Assembly: GCA_948907985.1 (NCBI GenBank)
Contig: CAQWMM010000002.1
Coordinates: 7,660 to 71,659, forward strand
Direction: 5' to 3'
Length of the DNA: 64,000 nt
From: an uncultured Bacillota bacterium
Lineage (GTDB): Bacteria > Bacillota > Dehalobacteriia > UBA4068 > UBA4997
Of this stretch, positions 62,769 to 64,000 are shown piece after piece (within the stretch, counting starts at the first letter, position 1; every line of letters starts with the position of its first letter). The translations under genes and the position numbers were made by a program. The notes below the pieces were generated by a model, which saw only the letters and a program-made list of their open reading frames with translations, was not told the origin of the DNA and searched no databases.

Positions 62769-62797
62769 TTGACTTTTTATCAGTAGTGTGATAGAAT
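62769..62797 (+). promoter_or_regulatory. sigma-A promoter with extended -10 for the membrane protein-padR pair
   Basis: TTGACT (62769-62774), 17-nt spacer ending TGa, TAGAAT (62792-62797). Confidence 0.45.
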
Positions 62798-62830
62798 GTT
62801 TTTAGGCTAACTACTATATTTTTAACAGTA

Positions 62831-63625
62831 GTGATTGGGAAAGGAAGTATTATAATAGAAATAAAAGAGTTTTTCCACAAGCTAAATCAGGCGGTACATT
62901 GGTTTTTGCCCTACGGCGAGGCCAACGAGGTTATGGCCGAATATCAGGAAATGCAGCAGCAGGCGGCGGCGAACGGCAGCCAGCTTTTTCAGCCGGACGA
63001 AAAGCCCTGGCAAATCGCTAAAGAACTGCAAAACCCCCGGGAATATCGCAAATGGCTGCGGATTTTTGCTCTGCTGCTGCTTTTCCCGCTGGGGCATTTG
63101 CTGTTCTTTTCAATTTCGTTGATTTTTTCTCTGCCAAATTATAATATGTCGGTAATTAAAATATTGTTCTGGTTTAGTTTGGCGCTGGCCTTGTTTTGGG
63201 CGCGCCAATGCCGGCGGCAAAGCACGGCGCCCCGGCGCTCGGCCAAAATGTTTCTGGGCAGCGCCGCCTGGCTCATCTTTGGCCTAGCCATTGCCTGCCC
63301 GGTTATTTATTGGTACTATGCAATATGCACCGGCAGGACTGACTGGATTTCTGGCTATTTTCTGGTAAACTATTTAACTTTTTGCGCGTTAATTTACATT
63401 TTGTTTGGCATTTACAGTCTGGTGAAGTGCCGGCTGGCTGATTATCGCTGGTTGGATTTATACGTTATCAGTATTACGTTGCTGCTGGGCATTATGCTGT
63501 ATCTTGAGCTGATTTGCGGTCTAACTCTGACTGAAGACGCTGTAAGATTTTTGCTGGAAGTATTGCACAGCTATCTTCCGCCCTTGTTCTGCGGTTTGGC
63601 GGTCAGTATAAGGATTTTGTGGTAG
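62831..63625 (+). CDS. polytopic membrane protein with HAAS/DUF1700-like N-terminal helix (start uncertain)
   Basis: The N-terminal IKEFFHKLNQAVHWFLPYGEANEVMAEYQEMQQQ resembles the sensor helix of PadR-associated DUF1700 proteins. Six or more hydrophobic segments follow. The GTG at 62831 has no convincing SD. Confidence 0.45.
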   Translation: MIGKGSIIIEIKEFFHKLNQAVHWFLPYGEANEVMAEYQEMQQQAAANGSQLFQPDEKPWQIAKELQNPREYRKWLRIFALLLLFPLGHLLFFSISLIFSLPNYNMSVIKILFWFSLALALFWARQCRRQSTAPRRSAKMFLGSAAWLIFGLAIACPVIYWYYAICTGRTDWISGYFLVNYLTFCALIYILFGIYSLVKCRLADYRWLDLYVISITLLLGIMLYLELICGLTLTEDAVRFLLEVLHSYLPPLFCGLAVSIRILW

Positions 63626-63636
63626 GGTGGCGCGCC

Positions 63637-63939
63637 ATGCTGAAAAAAGATATTATGGAACTGTGCCTTTTGCAGCTTTTATCCAACGAGGATTTATATG
63701 GCTATGAGATTCTGCGCCGCCTGCACGCCGTTTTCCCCGATACGCAGGAAAGCGCCATCTATGCCCAGCTGCGCGCTCTGTGCCGCCAGGGTTATACGGA
63801 AAGCTACGCCCGCCAAAGCCCGGACGGGCCGAACCGTAAATATTACCGCCTGCTGCCGCCCGGCCAACAAAAACGCGAGGGGCTGCTGCTGGAATGGCGG
63901 CATTATTGCGCGCTGCTGGCTGATTTAGGCCTGAAATAA
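63637..63939 (+). CDS. PadR family transcriptional regulator
   Basis: 100 aa. LCLLQLLSNEDLYGYEILRRL...AIYAQLRALCRQGY...RKYYRLLPPG is the PadR winged-helix pattern. The ATG at 63637 follows the upstream stop closely. Confidence 0.8.
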   Translation: MLKKDIMELCLLQLLSNEDLYGYEILRRLHAVFPDTQESAIYAQLRALCRQGYTESYARQSPDGPNRKYYRLLPPGQQKREGLLLEWRHYCALLADLGLK

Positions 63940-63945
63940 AACGAA

Positions 63946-63984
63946 CCCCCTTAGTTTGCCGTCTAAGGGGGCTTTGCTTATTTG
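63946..63984 (+). terminator. intrinsic terminator after padR
   Basis: cccccttag / ctaaggggg form a 9-bp stem with an 8-nt loop, followed by ctttgcttatttg. Confidence 0.6.
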
Positions 63985-64000
63985 TTAGCGTCAAACTGGG

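Noticed and set aside
1-64000. Whole-window scan for CRISPR arrays, rRNA genes, transposases, integrases, introns, inteins and large defence gene sets
   Set aside because: There are no regularly spaced direct repeats with unique spacers, no rRNA-like sequence, no transposase or integrase-like ORF, and no housekeeping gene of abnormal length. The only tandem repeats are short coding low-complexity tracts (pgpH tail, flgD tail, fliK, and the N-terminus of the 16304 protein).

Overview
The window is a chromosomal segment from a spore-forming, flagellated Bacillota (Clostridia-type) genome with moderately high GC. bofA, spoIID and an M23/SpoIIQ-like gene support the sporulation call. Most of it is housekeeping. 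Recognisable genes and blocks are secG, a K+-dependent membrane pyrophosphatase, the yycJ-htrA-rlmH block, pyruvate:ferredoxin oxidoreductase and a thiD operon. There is also an uncharacterised-family ABC transporter with two tandem binding-protein genes, the conserved phoH-pgpH-ybeY-era-recO-glyQS block, addBA, and a partial flagellar cluster (fliF to flhB). Accessory content is small and AT-richer than its surroundings. It comprises a hicAB toxin-antitoxin pair abutting a single tRNA-Pro gene, three Uma2 (DUF820) nuclease paralogs, and an islet at about 39.6-41.1 kb. That islet holds an XRE regulator, a possible BECR-fold toxin-like gene and a candidate structured sRNA. I found no CRISPR array, transposase, integrase or large recognisable defence system. 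The most interesting unannotated signal is a candidate type I toxin-antitoxin module in the era-recO gap. It consists of a 27-codon hydrophobic ORF with a sequestered SD, plus a convergent near-consensus promoter for an antisense RNA that shares the ORF's terminator. Other points worth a second look are the mosaic tandem Uma2 genes, the gaps in the flagellar cluster, and two unusually long structured intergenic regions inside it. A reused family of terminator hairpins and phased repeats upstream of bofA are also notable. All functional calls rest on motif recognition by eye and recalled family knowledge; no searches were run.
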